Positions 29,784 to 38,965 of a DNA stretch of 64,000 nucleotides are shown piece after piece. Within the stretch, counting starts at the first letter, position 1. Each line of letters begins with the position of its first letter. Origin of the DNA: an uncultured virus (IMG/VR IMGVR_UViG_3300046832_003565) (lineage: Duplodnaviria > Heunggongvirae > Uroviricota > Caudoviricetes); IMG/VR virus record IMGVR_UViG_3300046832_003565. One strand, 5' to 3'. Below the pieces are notes generated by a model. The model ran no database searches and was not told the DNA's origin. It saw nothing but the letters and a program-made list of their open reading frames with translations. Position numbers and translations under genes: made by a program.

Positions 29784-31436
29784 ATGAACATCATGAACCT
29801 GTTCCGCAGAAAACCTGAACCATTACCTCCGCCACGTAGTGTGACTGCACAATACACATTGAATACACAAGAATACGATAAGTTTCTTGGGTTATTTCGT
29901 CAGCACCAAATAGACGCTCTCAACTCTCTCGTAGATGTCAAGGTAGGTCAAATTTCTTTGCCAACAGGAACAGGCAAGACATATGTTCAAATGGCTGTAC
30001 ATCTCAATGATATGATTGAGAAAACAAAAATTGGCAAAACTGGCGTGTATGTGATTTCTGCCCATAGACTGATTCTTTGCTCACAGTTACTTTCACAGTT
30101 CATGTATGTTGCATCAAAGATTGGTGTGGACTATGATGTTCTCAAAGTAAACTCTGAAAGATTCAATGTTGATGATGTTATTCTTAAGCTTAAGGATAAA
30201 CAAGATGCACCGGACAATTTCTTTGCATTGAATCGTCACAGAATTTCTGGCTCTCAGACAACCAATTCTGAAGAAGTCAAAGAAGCATACAATAATGCAG
30301 TAAAGAACAAAAGACATCTTTTGATTGTATGCACATATCATTCTTTCGATAGAATGTCCAAACTGCCAAAAATTGATATCATCACCTACGATGAAGCACA
30401 CATTATCGGAGAAGAATTTAAAGATAATGTCAACAAAGTAAAACATCTAATTGACCGAGAGTATTTCTTCACTGCTACTAGAAAAGTGAGTGGACATAAT
30501 GAAGGTATGAACAATACTGAATTCTATGGCGAGATACTACATTCTGAATCTCCAAGAACAATGATTGACCGTGGGGAAATTGTAAGACCCGCTATTCATG
30601 CTATCAGATTGCCCAATGAAGCAAGAGGAGATTTCCAAAACACTAGCATGGTAATTCAGTCAATAGGTGAAGGTTTTGTTCATCACCATAAACTGATTAA
30701 GGAAAATTCAAAATTCCCAGATAAGATTGGAGCCAAAGTTGTTGTGGCTGTATCTGGAAATGATGATTTGACAGATATAATTACAAACCAAGCATTCAAA
30801 ATATGGGCTAAAAACAATTCCATTGAGATATTTTCCTTCTCATCTGCAAATGGATACACTCACAATTTTGAATCTGTTGGGCGCATGGAAGCATTTGACC
30901 GAATGCAAAGCTTACCAGATGAACAAAATGCTATCTTGATACACATTGATATTTTATCTGAAGGCATTGACATTCCATCCATCACAGGTTGTATGCCCTT
31001 GCGTAATATGTCGAACATCAAGCTTGCCCAGTTCATTGGTCGTGCCGGTAGACTCCATCCCTTTGACCGACAGCGATTGTATGATAATATAATAAAGCCT
31101 GACCAGTTTGATGAATTCGTAAAACCTCATTATTACGTTATATTCCCTGAATTCTTGATTGTGGCAGAAACTAATAGAATGGAAAGATTTATCGGAGAAA
31201 TGCTAAACACTTACGAATTGATGCCATTTGATATTCCACTGATTGATGAATTTTACTCTTCCCCAGATGAAGTGCTACCGAAGATTACAGATGCAGACTC
31301 CACCAATAATCGTGATGATGTATCCAAGCTTGAACATATCTTGCGAGATATAATGAAAGAACAAATTACGATTGCTCTTAATGATTCATCAGATGAAGAA
31401 ATTTTAGACTATTTGGAGGGAATCGGTAATGCTTAA
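29784..31436 (+). CDS. SF2 helicase (ResIII/type ISP-like)
   Basis: PTGTGKT, DEAH, FTAT, ILSEGIDIP, QFIGRAGR; start set 6 nt after TATACT. Confidence 0.9.
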   Translation: MNIMNLFRRKPEPLPPPRSVTAQYTLNTQEYDKFLGLFRQHQIDALNSLVDVKVGQISLPTGTGKTYVQMAVHLNDMIEKTKIGKTGVYVISAHRLILCSQLLSQFMYVASKIGVDYDVLKVNSERFNVDDVILKLKDKQDAPDNFFALNRHRISGSQTTNSEEVKEAYNNAVKNKRHLLIVCTYHSFDRMSKLPKIDIITYDEAHIIGEEFKDNVNKVKHLIDREYFFTATRKVSGHNEGMNNTEFYGEILHSESPRTMIDRGEIVRPAIHAIRLPNEARGDFQNTSMVIQSIGEGFVHHHKLIKENSKFPDKIGAKVVVAVSGNDDLTDIITNQAFKIWAKNNSIEIFSFSSANGYTHNFESVGRMEAFDRMQSLPDEQNAILIHIDILSEGIDIPSITGCMPLRNMSNIKLAQFIGRAGRLHPFDRQRLYDNIIKPDQFDEFVKPHYYVIFPEFLIVAETNRMERFIGEMLNTYELMPFDIPLIDEFYSSPDEVLPKITDADSTNNRDDVSKLEHILRDIMKEQITIALNDSSDEEILDYLEGIGNA

Positions 31437-32007
31437 GATTGCACACGTTCATGGATACCCTGTGGAATATCTTGGATTGTTTGCCAAGTTCAAAGATGGT
31501 GGAACAATTCGTGATTTTATTAATGAAGTAGAATCCTTAGCCACCAAGCTTAAACTTGATGAAGATGACAAATTCGAGTTCAAGGGTGATTGCCTAGAAG
31601 TTCTCTGTGAGATATTCTTCAAACTCAATCCAACATCTCCGCGTTTTGGTTTAAGAGATTATGTTCCAAATACCAAAGACAATGACTATGGTGTTGATGG
31701 TACTGGTTATAATGCCAACGGTGATAAATGCGCTGTTCAGGTTAAGTATAAGCAAAACCCAGCAGAGCAGATTCTCTTTGCCGATATTGCAAAAACTTAT
31801 ATGTCAGGTGCAGAACAACACGAGATTGATGTAAAGAAAGATAAAATCATTTACATCTTTACAACAAGTAACATAGAATCAAATCCACTGCAACTTTTCA
31901 AGGACAAATATGTATTTATTTCCCGCAAAATGATTGCCAGTGAAATTGATAACAACGTGAACTTTTGGCAGGTTGCATATCTGGAAGTTTACAATTCGCT
32001 CAATTAA
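31429..32007 (+). CDS. Mrr-like PD-(D/E)XK nuclease
   Basis: GD.LE..E, DYGVDG, AVQVKY motifs. Confidence 0.7.
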   Translation: MLKIAHVHGYPVEYLGLFAKFKDGGTIRDFINEVESLATKLKLDEDDKFEFKGDCLEVLCEIFFKLNPTSPRFGLRDYVPNTKDNDYGVDGTGYNANGDKCAVQVKYKQNPAEQILFADIAKTYMSGAEQHEIDVKKDKIIYIFTTSNIESNPLQLFKDKYVFISRKMIASEIDNNVNFWQVAYLEVYNSLN

Positions 32008-32115
32008 AAATATCCTGAATTTTCTTTTGACAAAAGGGAGATTCAGGGGTATTGTCAATACCCCTGATAAATGAAATTAGCAAATATTTAGTGTAAGGTA
32101 TGGTAGAATATATTC

Positions 32116-32460
32116 ATGGAATCAAAGACTTATGTATACTTCTCAAAAACAGGTATAGGTTATGAGATGACTGGGGATGATGTAATCCCAGGAATGAAAG
32201 GTTTCATTAATAAAGATGATGCCTATGTTATCAATTATTCATATAGTGATTTGAGTAATTCTATGCTCTTTTTTGTATATGAGTGGGATAACATTAAGAG
32301 AGATTTCAAAACAGTTTTTGAATCATATCGCAAAGAATTGATTCTTGTAGGTATGGTGAAGCATATTGATAATCTTCCCATTGTTATTAGTAAAAAAATA
32401 CTTGAGATGTATGTTGATGATACCGAAGAATTAGAATTGGAAAAAAATGCAAACTCGTGA
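32116..32460 (+). CDS. Hypothetical protein, leaderless
   Basis: TAGAAT 6 nt before ATG. Confidence 0.55.
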   Translation: MESKTYVYFSKTGIGYEMTGDDVIPGMKGFINKDDAYVINYSYSDLSNSMLFFVYEWDNIKRDFKTVFESYRKELILVGMVKHIDNLPIVISKKILEMYVDDTEELELEKNANS

Positions 32461-32959
32461 GCAGAAACTTAAACTATTAAAGAAGACAATTGAAACACTT
32501 TGGCATGGTGTTTCTGATACTAAAGAGGGCGATTATCCACGTATAATCTCACTTTATAAAGAAGTATTGATGTATGATTACCACGATGCTGATTCTTGGG
32601 AAAATATGATTTGGCTCATGTGGTCTATGGCTGTCAATAAGAAAGATACAGTGTGGTTATTTCAAGCAGAGAAATTTGCTAAGCGATATCTTTCACTTAA
32701 CCCAAATGGTTATCGTGCTTATGAATACCTTGGTCAATTCTATCGTATTATGTATGTAGATTTGAGATTGGCTGTTAGATATTATGAATCTGCGATTAGA
32801 TGGAAAGATGCTCCAAAGAGCACTCATCATTCTCTTATTAGTGTTTGTGAAAAATCTGGCGATAAAGTAAAAGCCATTGGGTATTGCAAAATGACTCTTG
32901 CTAGATTTCCCAATGACCCTTATACTAAATCAAAAATCGAAGTACTAACTAAACAATAG
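32447..32959 (+). CDS. TPR-like repeat protein
   Basis: LNPNGYRAYEYLG..AVRYYESAI, KAIGY..LARFPND. Confidence 0.7.
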   Translation: MQTREQKLKLLKKTIETLWHGVSDTKEGDYPRIISLYKEVLMYDYHDADSWENMIWLMWSMAVNKKDTVWLFQAEKFAKRYLSLNPNGYRAYEYLGQFYRIMYVDLRLAVRYYESAIRWKDAPKSTHHSLISVCEKSGDKVKAIGYCKMTLARFPNDPYTKSKIEVLTKQ

Positions 32960-33317
32960 TTATTTTTTCGAAAGGAATAGAAATCGGAGCACCCTGTGTT
33001 TTGTCATCCTTCATTCGGATAACAACTACATAGGGTTTATCTTTTAATAAATAATCATCAAGAACAACACCTAAATTTGTTTCGCCTTGTTTGTCTTTCC
33101 ATGATATTTTTGTGCCTGGTTCAATCAAATCTTTCTCTTTATTCAACTCAACCCACAGCTGCGAGTTTTTAGCCTTGTATTCTGTAACTTCTTGATTTAA
33201 ATCAGTATTGAGTTTACGCAGCAACGAAAGTTGAGATTTTGAGTTCTCAAGTGCAAAAAATAAAAAACCACTTCCAAATAAGGAAAGTGTTAGAGAAACA
33301 CCTAGAAATACTACCAT
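32949..33317 (-). CDS. Membrane-anchored coiled-coil protein with SH3/Tudor-like end
   Basis: N-terminal TM, coiled coil, PGTKISW..GVV; GGAGG upstream. Confidence 0.55.
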   Translation of the reverse strand: MVVFLGVSLTLSLFGSGFLFFALENSKSQLSLLRKLNTDLNQEVTEYKAKNSQLWVELNKEKDLIEPGTKISWKDKQGETNLGVVLDDYLLKDKPYVVVIRMKDDKTQGAPISIPFEKITIV

Positions 33318-33351
33318 TGTTTTTCGAGCCTCCTAACGGTATTATACGTAT

Positions 33352-33621
33352 ATGAAAGAAATAATAACTGCAATAGAAAAAAATAGTAAGTTTCGAGAGA
33401 ATAAGATAATCCGTCCACACTTGATGAATAGACTGGGTATTCGATTAGATTTTCCCGAAGGCTCACAATGTATTCTCTGGACAGATGGTAAAAAATATTA
33501 CGCTAGATGCGAAGCGTTTGGTACTTTATTCACTATGAATATACCACGCAGTGTCGGAGATAATATCTGGCAAAAATTCATGACAGAGTTTGAAGGAAAT
33601 TATACCTATGAAAATATCTAA
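33352..33621 (+). CDS. Hypothetical protein, leaderless
   Basis: TATTAT 6 nt before ATG. Confidence 0.55.
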   Translation: MKEIITAIEKNSKFRENKIIRPHLMNRLGIRLDFPEGSQCILWTDGKKYYARCEAFGTLFTMNIPRSVGDNIWQKFMTEFEGNYTYENI

Positions 33622-33674
33622 CTTTTTTTGTAACAAAACTTGCAAAGTTGCATAGAATGTCATATACTATCTCT

Positions 33675-33766
33675 GTTAGTTCTCATAACTTCTAACATCA
33701 TCCTTAGTTGGGTTTCTTTCTCCTGCACAATGGGAAGAGATTTATTTCTCTTCCCATTGTTGCTTT
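33675..33766 (+). ncRNA. Candidate small RNA
   Basis: TTGCAA-17-TATACT promoter; 5' hairpin with CTCATAAC loop, TTTCTCCT segment, 13-bp terminator stem. Confidence 0.55.
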
Positions 33767-33934
33767 ACAGAATGATTACTATATTATATCCAATATTCAG
33801 GTCCAGTTTTAAAAACTTATTTGCTCAAAAAGAATATCAGGGATATTAGTAATATCCCTGAGGTAAAGAATTGTCAAATATTTTTGGCAAAAAAATAGCC
33901 CCTATTTTGGGGCTTGAGGTTGACATTTTGATGT

Positions 33935-34189
33935 TTATATGGTACAGCATCCACAGCAAGGTGCATCTTCGCACCGACCCTTTGCATTGCGGGTGTATTC
34001 CTTGCCACCGATGATGAAGGTGCTAATCTCTTTGGATTCACCACTATTACGGCGAGCCTTGGCTTCTTGTCCGCATTCTGGGTGGCAAACATAGTACTTG
34101 CCTTTCCACTTCCACATATCACCGTCCCCAGCAGGAACAGTGCCTCTGCAATACACACAAGTGCCATCGTAACGATTTTTATATCCCAT
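33935..34189 (-). CDS. Cys-rich zinc-binding phage protein
   Basis: CVYC..HPEC and GRCEDAPCCGCC; AAGGAG RBS. Confidence 0.7.
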   Translation of the reverse strand: MGYKNRYDGTCVYCRGTVPAGDGDMWKWKGKYYVCHPECGQEAKARRNSGESKEISTFIIGGKEYTRNAKGRCEDAPCCGCCTI

Positions 34190-34256
34190 TGTCTTTAACT
34201 CCTTGGATTAATAATACGGCAATTTTACCTGAAATGCAAGATAAAAATGTAATATA

Positions 34257-34427
34257 TTAAAACTCTTCTTGGACATCAATACCATTGTCTTCACAATACT
34301 GGTAGATTTCCTTTTTACGATTTTCTTTTCTACGAAACACTTCAATGCCACAAGAGTCAAGGAGAATGTAATTGTTATTCTTCTTGACAATAGTCCAAAT
34401 TACAATAGGATAATCATCTAAAAGCAT
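34257..34427 (-). CDS. Small hypothetical protein (56 aa, not in ORF track)
   Basis: MLLDDYPIVIWTIVKK...; ATG start, fits between neighbours better than 34208..34390. Confidence 0.45.
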   Translation of the reverse strand: MLLDDYPIVIWTIVKKNNNYILLDSCGIEVFRRKENRKKEIYQYCEDNGIDVQEEF

Positions 34428-34469
34428 CTTGTTGTACTTGGGGGGAGCTAAGTCCCCCCCAGCCTTTCT

Positions 34470-34781
34470 TTATCGGATGTCCACCGAATCAACTTTGCGA
34501 TTCTGATTATAGTAAACAGTGGTCATCTTATCACTGTCATCAATAGTTAGAGTATCAGCATAAACTGTACTCTCTTCGTGAATTTCAGTATAGTCGATAT
34601 CTGCTTCATTATCAACTACAGCCTGAATCAAATGAGGATTCAATTCATCCCATTCGGCTTTGGTGAACTTCTTAAAGTTTGCTGGGTCAAGACCAGCCTC
34701 TTCACAGCACTCATTGAACACGTCTTCGTCAATCACCAAATGATAATTAACTTCGACAACACCTTCGATTGAAATTTCCAT
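34470..34781 (-). CDS. Acidic hypothetical protein
   Basis: AAGGAG RBS before MEISIEG. Confidence 0.65.
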   Translation of the reverse strand: MEISIEGVVEVNYHLVIDEDVFNECCEEAGLDPANFKKFTKAEWDELNPHLIQAVVDNEADIDYTEIHEESTVYADTLTIDDSDKMTTVYYNQNRKVDSVDIR

Positions 34782-34919
34782 ATCATTCTCCTTACCGAAC
34801 ACAAATATTATAAGGGTAATAGAGCCAGATTGCAAATTTATTTATTTATTTGACAAAAATAAAAATTGGCGGAAAATTGCTAAAATACCGCCAAGATACA
34901 CTTACAGCAAATTAAAATA

Positions 34920-34972
34920 GAAAAACCTGACAAAATGCCAGGTCTTCTAATGAACAACACCAACCAAGTAAC
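34920..34972 (-). ncRNA. Candidate ~52-nt GU-rich small RNA
   Basis: TTGCAC-17-TATAAT promoter (35007-34979), terminator ACCTGGCA/TGTCAGGT with T-run, no ORF between. Confidence 0.55.
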
Positions 34973-35009
34973 ACATATATTATACTAGCAAGAAACCAAA
35001 AGTGCAATA

Positions 35010-35396
35010 CTAGTTTGAAAACATATCAAAACAATATTTGGTTCTTGTTTTTTTCACGTTGATTTCATACACAGATTGAAAATCATATTTTGGTTTTGCA
35101 ACCCATTGAAAATTATCATTGAATGTTCCAGTGTTAATCCATCCATGTATTGTTGAGAGATAGGTTGTTGGAATCCCATGGGGAATCAAATATATTTCCA
35201 CTACATCAAGAGGTTGATTGTATTCGTGGCGGATAAATCTGATTTTCATATGTTGAAGGATATCCCTTATTTCATTTTCTGAATAAGGGACTTCCACTCT
35301 AGTGATGAAACTACTGTTCCACGCTAAGTTGCAAATAGCCAAGTGTACAAAATGAGAAGCTATCTCCATTTCATAGGCATTATTAAGGTCTATCAT
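35010..35396 (-). CDS. Hypothetical protein
   Basis: 128-aa ORF with a -10 box close upstream. Confidence 0.55.
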   Translation of the reverse strand: MIDLNNAYEMEIASHFVHLAICNLAWNSSFITRVEVPYSENEIRDILQHMKIRFIRHEYNQPLDVVEIYLIPHGIPTTYLSTIHGWINTGTFNDNFQWVAKPKYDFQSVYEINVKKTRTKYCFDMFSN

Positions 35397-35405
35397 ATAC
35401 CGTTA

Positions 35406-35708
35406 TTATATCACTTCCAACGGAATATGGTTTTTGACACGCATGACAGGATAGGTATTGAAACCTGATTCGTTTTTTTTACCTGTATCTTCAAAATGCC
35501 CACAGTCGATAAGGTCTTTGTAAATTTCCCAACAATCACTTCTATTAAAATGAAACTCTCTTGGTTCCAATTCTACGTCAGGAAGATTTGTTGTCAATCT
35601 AGCCCAAGGAAACCCACCTTGTATTAATTGAATAGCAAGGCGACCATTTGGGTACTTTAGAAATTTTGCATCGAGCCAACCAAATTTTGTTTTAAATCCG
35701 AAATCCAT
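35406..35708 (-). CDS. DUF4313-like protein
   Basis: YPNGRLAIQL..PWARLTTNL..DTG..SGF..YP; GGAGG RBS before MDFGF. Confidence 0.65.
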   Translation of the reverse strand: MDFGFKTKFGWLDAKFLKYPNGRLAIQLIQGGFPWARLTTNLPDVELEPREFHFNRSDCWEIYKDLIDCGHFEDTGKKNESGFNTYPVMRVKNHIPLEVI

Positions 35709-35709
35709 G

Positions 35710-35904
35710 TTATCCTCCCAATTGTCTGATGATAGTGCTAGGGTCAAATGACGAATCCCAAAGTGCTTTGCTAGATGTTCGTAATGTATGAATACCATTG
35801 ATATGAACATCATACACTTTGGTGAAGAAATACCAATGCTTGAAATCAAAATAGACAAACTTAGTTGTCTTGTCTACGAAATAATGGCTTGCTGGTGGAA
35901 TCAT
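35710..35904 (-). CDS. Hypothetical protein, leaderless
   Basis: TATAAT 5 nt before ATG. Confidence 0.5.
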   Translation of the reverse strand: MIPPASHYFVDKTTKFVYFDFKHWYFFTKVYDVHINGIHTLRTSSKALWDSSFDPSTIIRQLGG

Positions 35905-36041
35905 GTCTCATTATATCAAATATCAGATATAGTGCAAATTAATTAAATACTTGCTAATTCCCTAACGCAGAGGTATAAATCATACCTCTGACAAATATTT
36001 TTAGCAAAAAAAAATCCCAAGATTGCTCCTGGGGTTCATTA

Positions 36042-36296
36042 TTAAAACTTTATTGCTGCTTGTTTCAAACCAAAGTTCCACATATTTTTCTTCTTGGGGG
36101 CATGAAGCTTTGCATTGTTGCGAAGAATGATGCTTTCTTGAAATACATCTTCAAGGCGTTTTACAAAATCTCCAACGCGCTCAGCATCTTCAATCAAACC
36201 CAACTTGAGATATTCACATTGCATACTTTTCCAAGACATAATCTGGCTTTGCATACTATTTGTATTCTCTTTGGCTACTGTGTAAATCAACTCCAT
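36042..36296 (-). CDS. Hypothetical protein
   Basis: GGAGG RBS before MELIY. Confidence 0.6.
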   Translation of the reverse strand: MELIYTVAKENTNSMQSQIMSWKSMQCEYLKLGLIEDAERVGDFVKRLEDVFQESIILRNNAKLHAPKKKNMWNFGLKQAAIKF

Positions 36297-36349
36297 ATTC
36301 TTCCTCCATGAACAATATATCAGAAACACCCAGCATTGGCAACTATATT

Positions 36350-36700
36350 TTAAATATTATTTGTGTAATATTCTTTGTATTTTGCGTTGGTAAATTTCCA
36401 CAAGTTATCAAAGAAATATTCAATGCTTACCAAGTCAGAGTTTGCAAACAAAGATTGATTAATCTCAATCATGCCAAGAGATGTTTCAAAAGAAACACAT
36501 GGTACATAATCGACATAATTGTAATTCATGTTTGGCACAGCTGGACATTCGAAAATATCAATGTGATACTTAATACCAACATTGTCAGAGAATGTTTTTT
36601 GCCACAATGCAATACAATGTGGTTTTGTGAGAGCGGGGAATTTTTTATAGCCTGCATCTCTCAATCGCTCGTGGTCAATATTTATTGTTTGTGTAGTCAT
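36350..36700 (-). CDS. Hypothetical phage protein
   Basis: 116-aa ORF in a - strand run. Confidence 0.6.
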   Translation of the reverse strand: MTTQTINIDHERLRDAGYKKFPALTKPHCIALWQKTFSDNVGIKYHIDIFECPAVPNMNYNYVDYVPCVSFETSLGMIEINQSLFANSDLVSIEYFFDNLWKFTNAKYKEYYTNNI

Positions 36701-36706
36701 TAATAG

Positions 36707-36925
36707 TTATCTCTGTGAATCTGCAAACGGGTCACCAACTTTATCCTGTTCATTAAATTGCTTTTCAAGCATTGCCAGTTCTGATACAAGTTTTGCAAGG
36801 TCTTCGGCAATCCACGCCAACTGTTGCTCTGGTGTTGCAGTCTTAATTTTAAAAGCGGATGTCACACCAAATTGAAACTCAGCGTGTCTAATCGCACACC
36901 CCACAAGGTATTCTGGATATGTCAT
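36707..36925 (-). CDS. Hypothetical protein
   Basis: GGGAG RBS and own promoter. Confidence 0.6.
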   Translation of the reverse strand: MTYPEYLVGCAIRHAEFQFGVTSAFKIKTATPEQQLAWIAEDLAKLVSELAMLEKQFNEQDKVGDPFADSQR

Positions 36926-37076
36926 CGTTCTATCTCCCTTACACCAATAGTATATAGTAAATGGAAATGTCTGTCAAGAAAATATATTTATTTGCCAAAG
37001 CTAAAAATTGGCGGTAAATACCGCCAAAAAATTCTTTTGTCAAAAAAAATCCCCAGATTTTCACCTGGGGTTCTTT

Positions 37077-37367
37077 TTAGTTTGCAATGTCGATTAGTGA
37101 ACCTTCATACAAATGTTGAGCATAATAGTTTTCAATTTCTTTGCGAACTACGGTATCATCAATTTGTTCGCCATTAGTGCCTTCGATTACTGTAAAATTA
37201 TACACTACATAAGAAATCAACTGTGGAATTACTTTACGTGCATACACCAATACGTGTTCACCTTCAGTAAATTCCCAATCAGTCCAAGTAACAAAAGACT
37301 CTGCGAACTTTGTATCAATACCACAGTCATAAAAGATATCTGTCAGTTTCCAATATTCTACTGTCAT
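37077..37367 (-). CDS. Hypothetical acidic protein
   Basis: Single-gene unit between palindromic elements. Confidence 0.6.
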   Translation of the reverse strand: MTVEYWKLTDIFYDCGIDTKFAESFVTWTDWEFTEGEHVLVYARKVIPQLISYVVYNFTVIEGTNGEQIDDTVVRKEIENYYAQHLYEGSLIDIAN

Positions 37368-37494
37368 TGTCCTATCTCTCTTACACCAATAGTATATAGT
37401 AAGTGGAACTATAAGTCAAGAAAATATATTTATTTGCTCAAATAAAAAATCAGGGGTATGAATTTACCCCTGAAAAACAAATAAAGCAAATAAA

Positions 37495-37810
37495 AACCCC
37501 CAAGAAAATTCTTAGGGGATTTTAGCTGAAACATAGGAGTTCTGATTTGTGATTGGCTGGAATTCAACCAGTACGGAACACAAGGGTAGTTCTTTCGATG
37601 GTCTCTACCTCCGACGATGCCCGTGTCTCAATGAGAGCATAGCACCCAACCACAAATCATTATACTTGGATAGATTGTTTGCGTCAACCATATCCAAGGT
37701 TTCAGTAAAAGATTGTGGATTTAACCACTCCAAGGTTGCTACCCTTATTTGAGTCTCGCAATAGACTCTAGCCGTTCTGGTCTTTTACTGGAATGCGGAT
37801 TCTGACCCAC
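37495..37810 (-). ncRNA. Candidate ~310-nt multi-domain structured RNA
   Basis: TTGACA-17-TAATAT promoter, terminator near 37493-37523, no - strand ORF, many stems and long-range helices. Confidence 0.65.
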
Positions 37811-37833
37811 ATCAATATATTACAGTCAAATCT

Positions 37834-38262
37834 CTAGGATGTCAAGGCTATTTCTTGAAATACATTTTCAAGTTTTTTCCAATCTTCATTTTTGGTATAA
37901 GTGTAATACCAATTGCCATCTTTGTATAGATAGATAAAATCCAAAAAATTATACATGGCAGAAAACAATTCATCTTTAGATGTTATTACAGAATTTACTT
38001 GAGATTCACCACGGTCTCTCTTGTAGAACACTGTAACATTTTCTTCAGCAGAATCAAAAGAATGTGTTTCACCAGATGGATGAATCTCTGGTGCAAGGTA
38101 TGACATATCACCAAAACTTAACAGGTCTTTGATTTTCTCAATTTCATTGTAATTTTCAATGAGTGTTTTTCCTACTCCGGTAGGATATCCATCCCAATGA
38201 CAATAAGAACTCTTGATTGTTCCATCCTCAAGCTCCATACCGATTCTACAACGTGTTGCCAT
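37834..38262 (-). CDS. Conserved phage protein (YCHWDGYP family)
   Basis: MATR.RIG..YCHWDGYP..VG..GDMS..Y.RDRGE. Confidence 0.75.
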   Translation of the reverse strand: MATRCRIGMELEDGTIKSSYCHWDGYPTGVGKTLIENYNEIEKIKDLLSFGDMSYLAPEIHPSGETHSFDSAEENVTVFYKRDRGESQVNSVITSKDELFSAMYNFLDFIYLYKDGNWYYTYTKNEDWKKLENVFQEIALTS

Positions 38263-38412
38263 AATATTTTCCTCTTGGCTATATTATATCAAAACATTAG
38301 GGTAAAGCAAGAAAATAAATATATTTGACAAAAATATTTGTCGGGTGTAAACAGCCAAAATACACCCGATTTTTTATTATGTCAAAAAAATATCCCCATT
38401 TCTGGGGATATT

Positions 38413-38727
38413 TTAGATTGCTCTTTCCTTTTCTCGGTCATCTGCCTTACTTAACATACAGCACATAAAATAATAAAACAAACCTACAATACAAGCAAAC
38501 ACACCATACTGAAACAGCAAATATGCAACTTTACCATCACCAGTGATAATCCATTCAAACAAACCATAAACCAATGTAAGAGGTGTAGCATAAGCAAGAA
38601 TGGTAAGGATTGATTTAAGTACCTTGAGACCTGTGATTGTATAGAATCTCATGTGACCAAAGAATGCCGCGATTCCGCTACACCACAAAACAACAATAAA
38701 CAAACGGTTAACGATATCTAAAGTCAT
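38413..38727 (-). CDS. Membrane protein, 3 TM
   Basis: Hydrophobic segments; GGAGG RBS. Confidence 0.6.
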   Translation of the reverse strand: MTLDIVNRLFIVVLWCSGIAAFFGHMRFYTITGLKVLKSILTILAYATPLTLVYGLFEWIITGDGKVAYLLFQYGVFACIVGLFYYFMCCMLSKADDREKERAI

Positions 38728-38945
38728 CCTGCTACCTCCCAGTTTTCTGCCATTACATCTTCAGTCTTAAAAGTATAACAAGCCCAAAAACTCATTTCTT
38801 CACCAGTAGACCAAACACATTTAAATTTAAGTGATGATTCTTCTATCTTGACCAATATAACAGTGGTACAGTTAGGATTCCATTTCTTGCTTCTTGTGAT
38901 AGTTTTACCATCACGGAGCATTGGCAATACCTGTTCAAGTTTCAT
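38724..38945 (-). CDS. Small phage protein, leaderless
   Basis: G.TITR..W...EDVMAENWEV pattern; TATAAT 6 nt before ATG. Confidence 0.6.
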   Translation of the reverse strand: MKLEQVLPMLRDGKTITRSKKWNPNCTTVILVKIEESSLKFKCVWSTGEEMSFWACYTFKTEDVMAENWEVAG

Positions 38946-38965
38946 GTTATTATTATATCATTACC

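Noticed and set aside
34208..34390. Listed 60-aa minus ORF
   Set aside because: Runs over the promoter of 33935..34189; the alternative frame 34257..34427 fits better
37495..37810. tmRNA, RNase P RNA, group I intron or retron RNA
   Set aside because: No tRNA-like ends or tag ORF, no recognisable RNase P or intron core, no interrupted gene, no reverse transcriptase nearby
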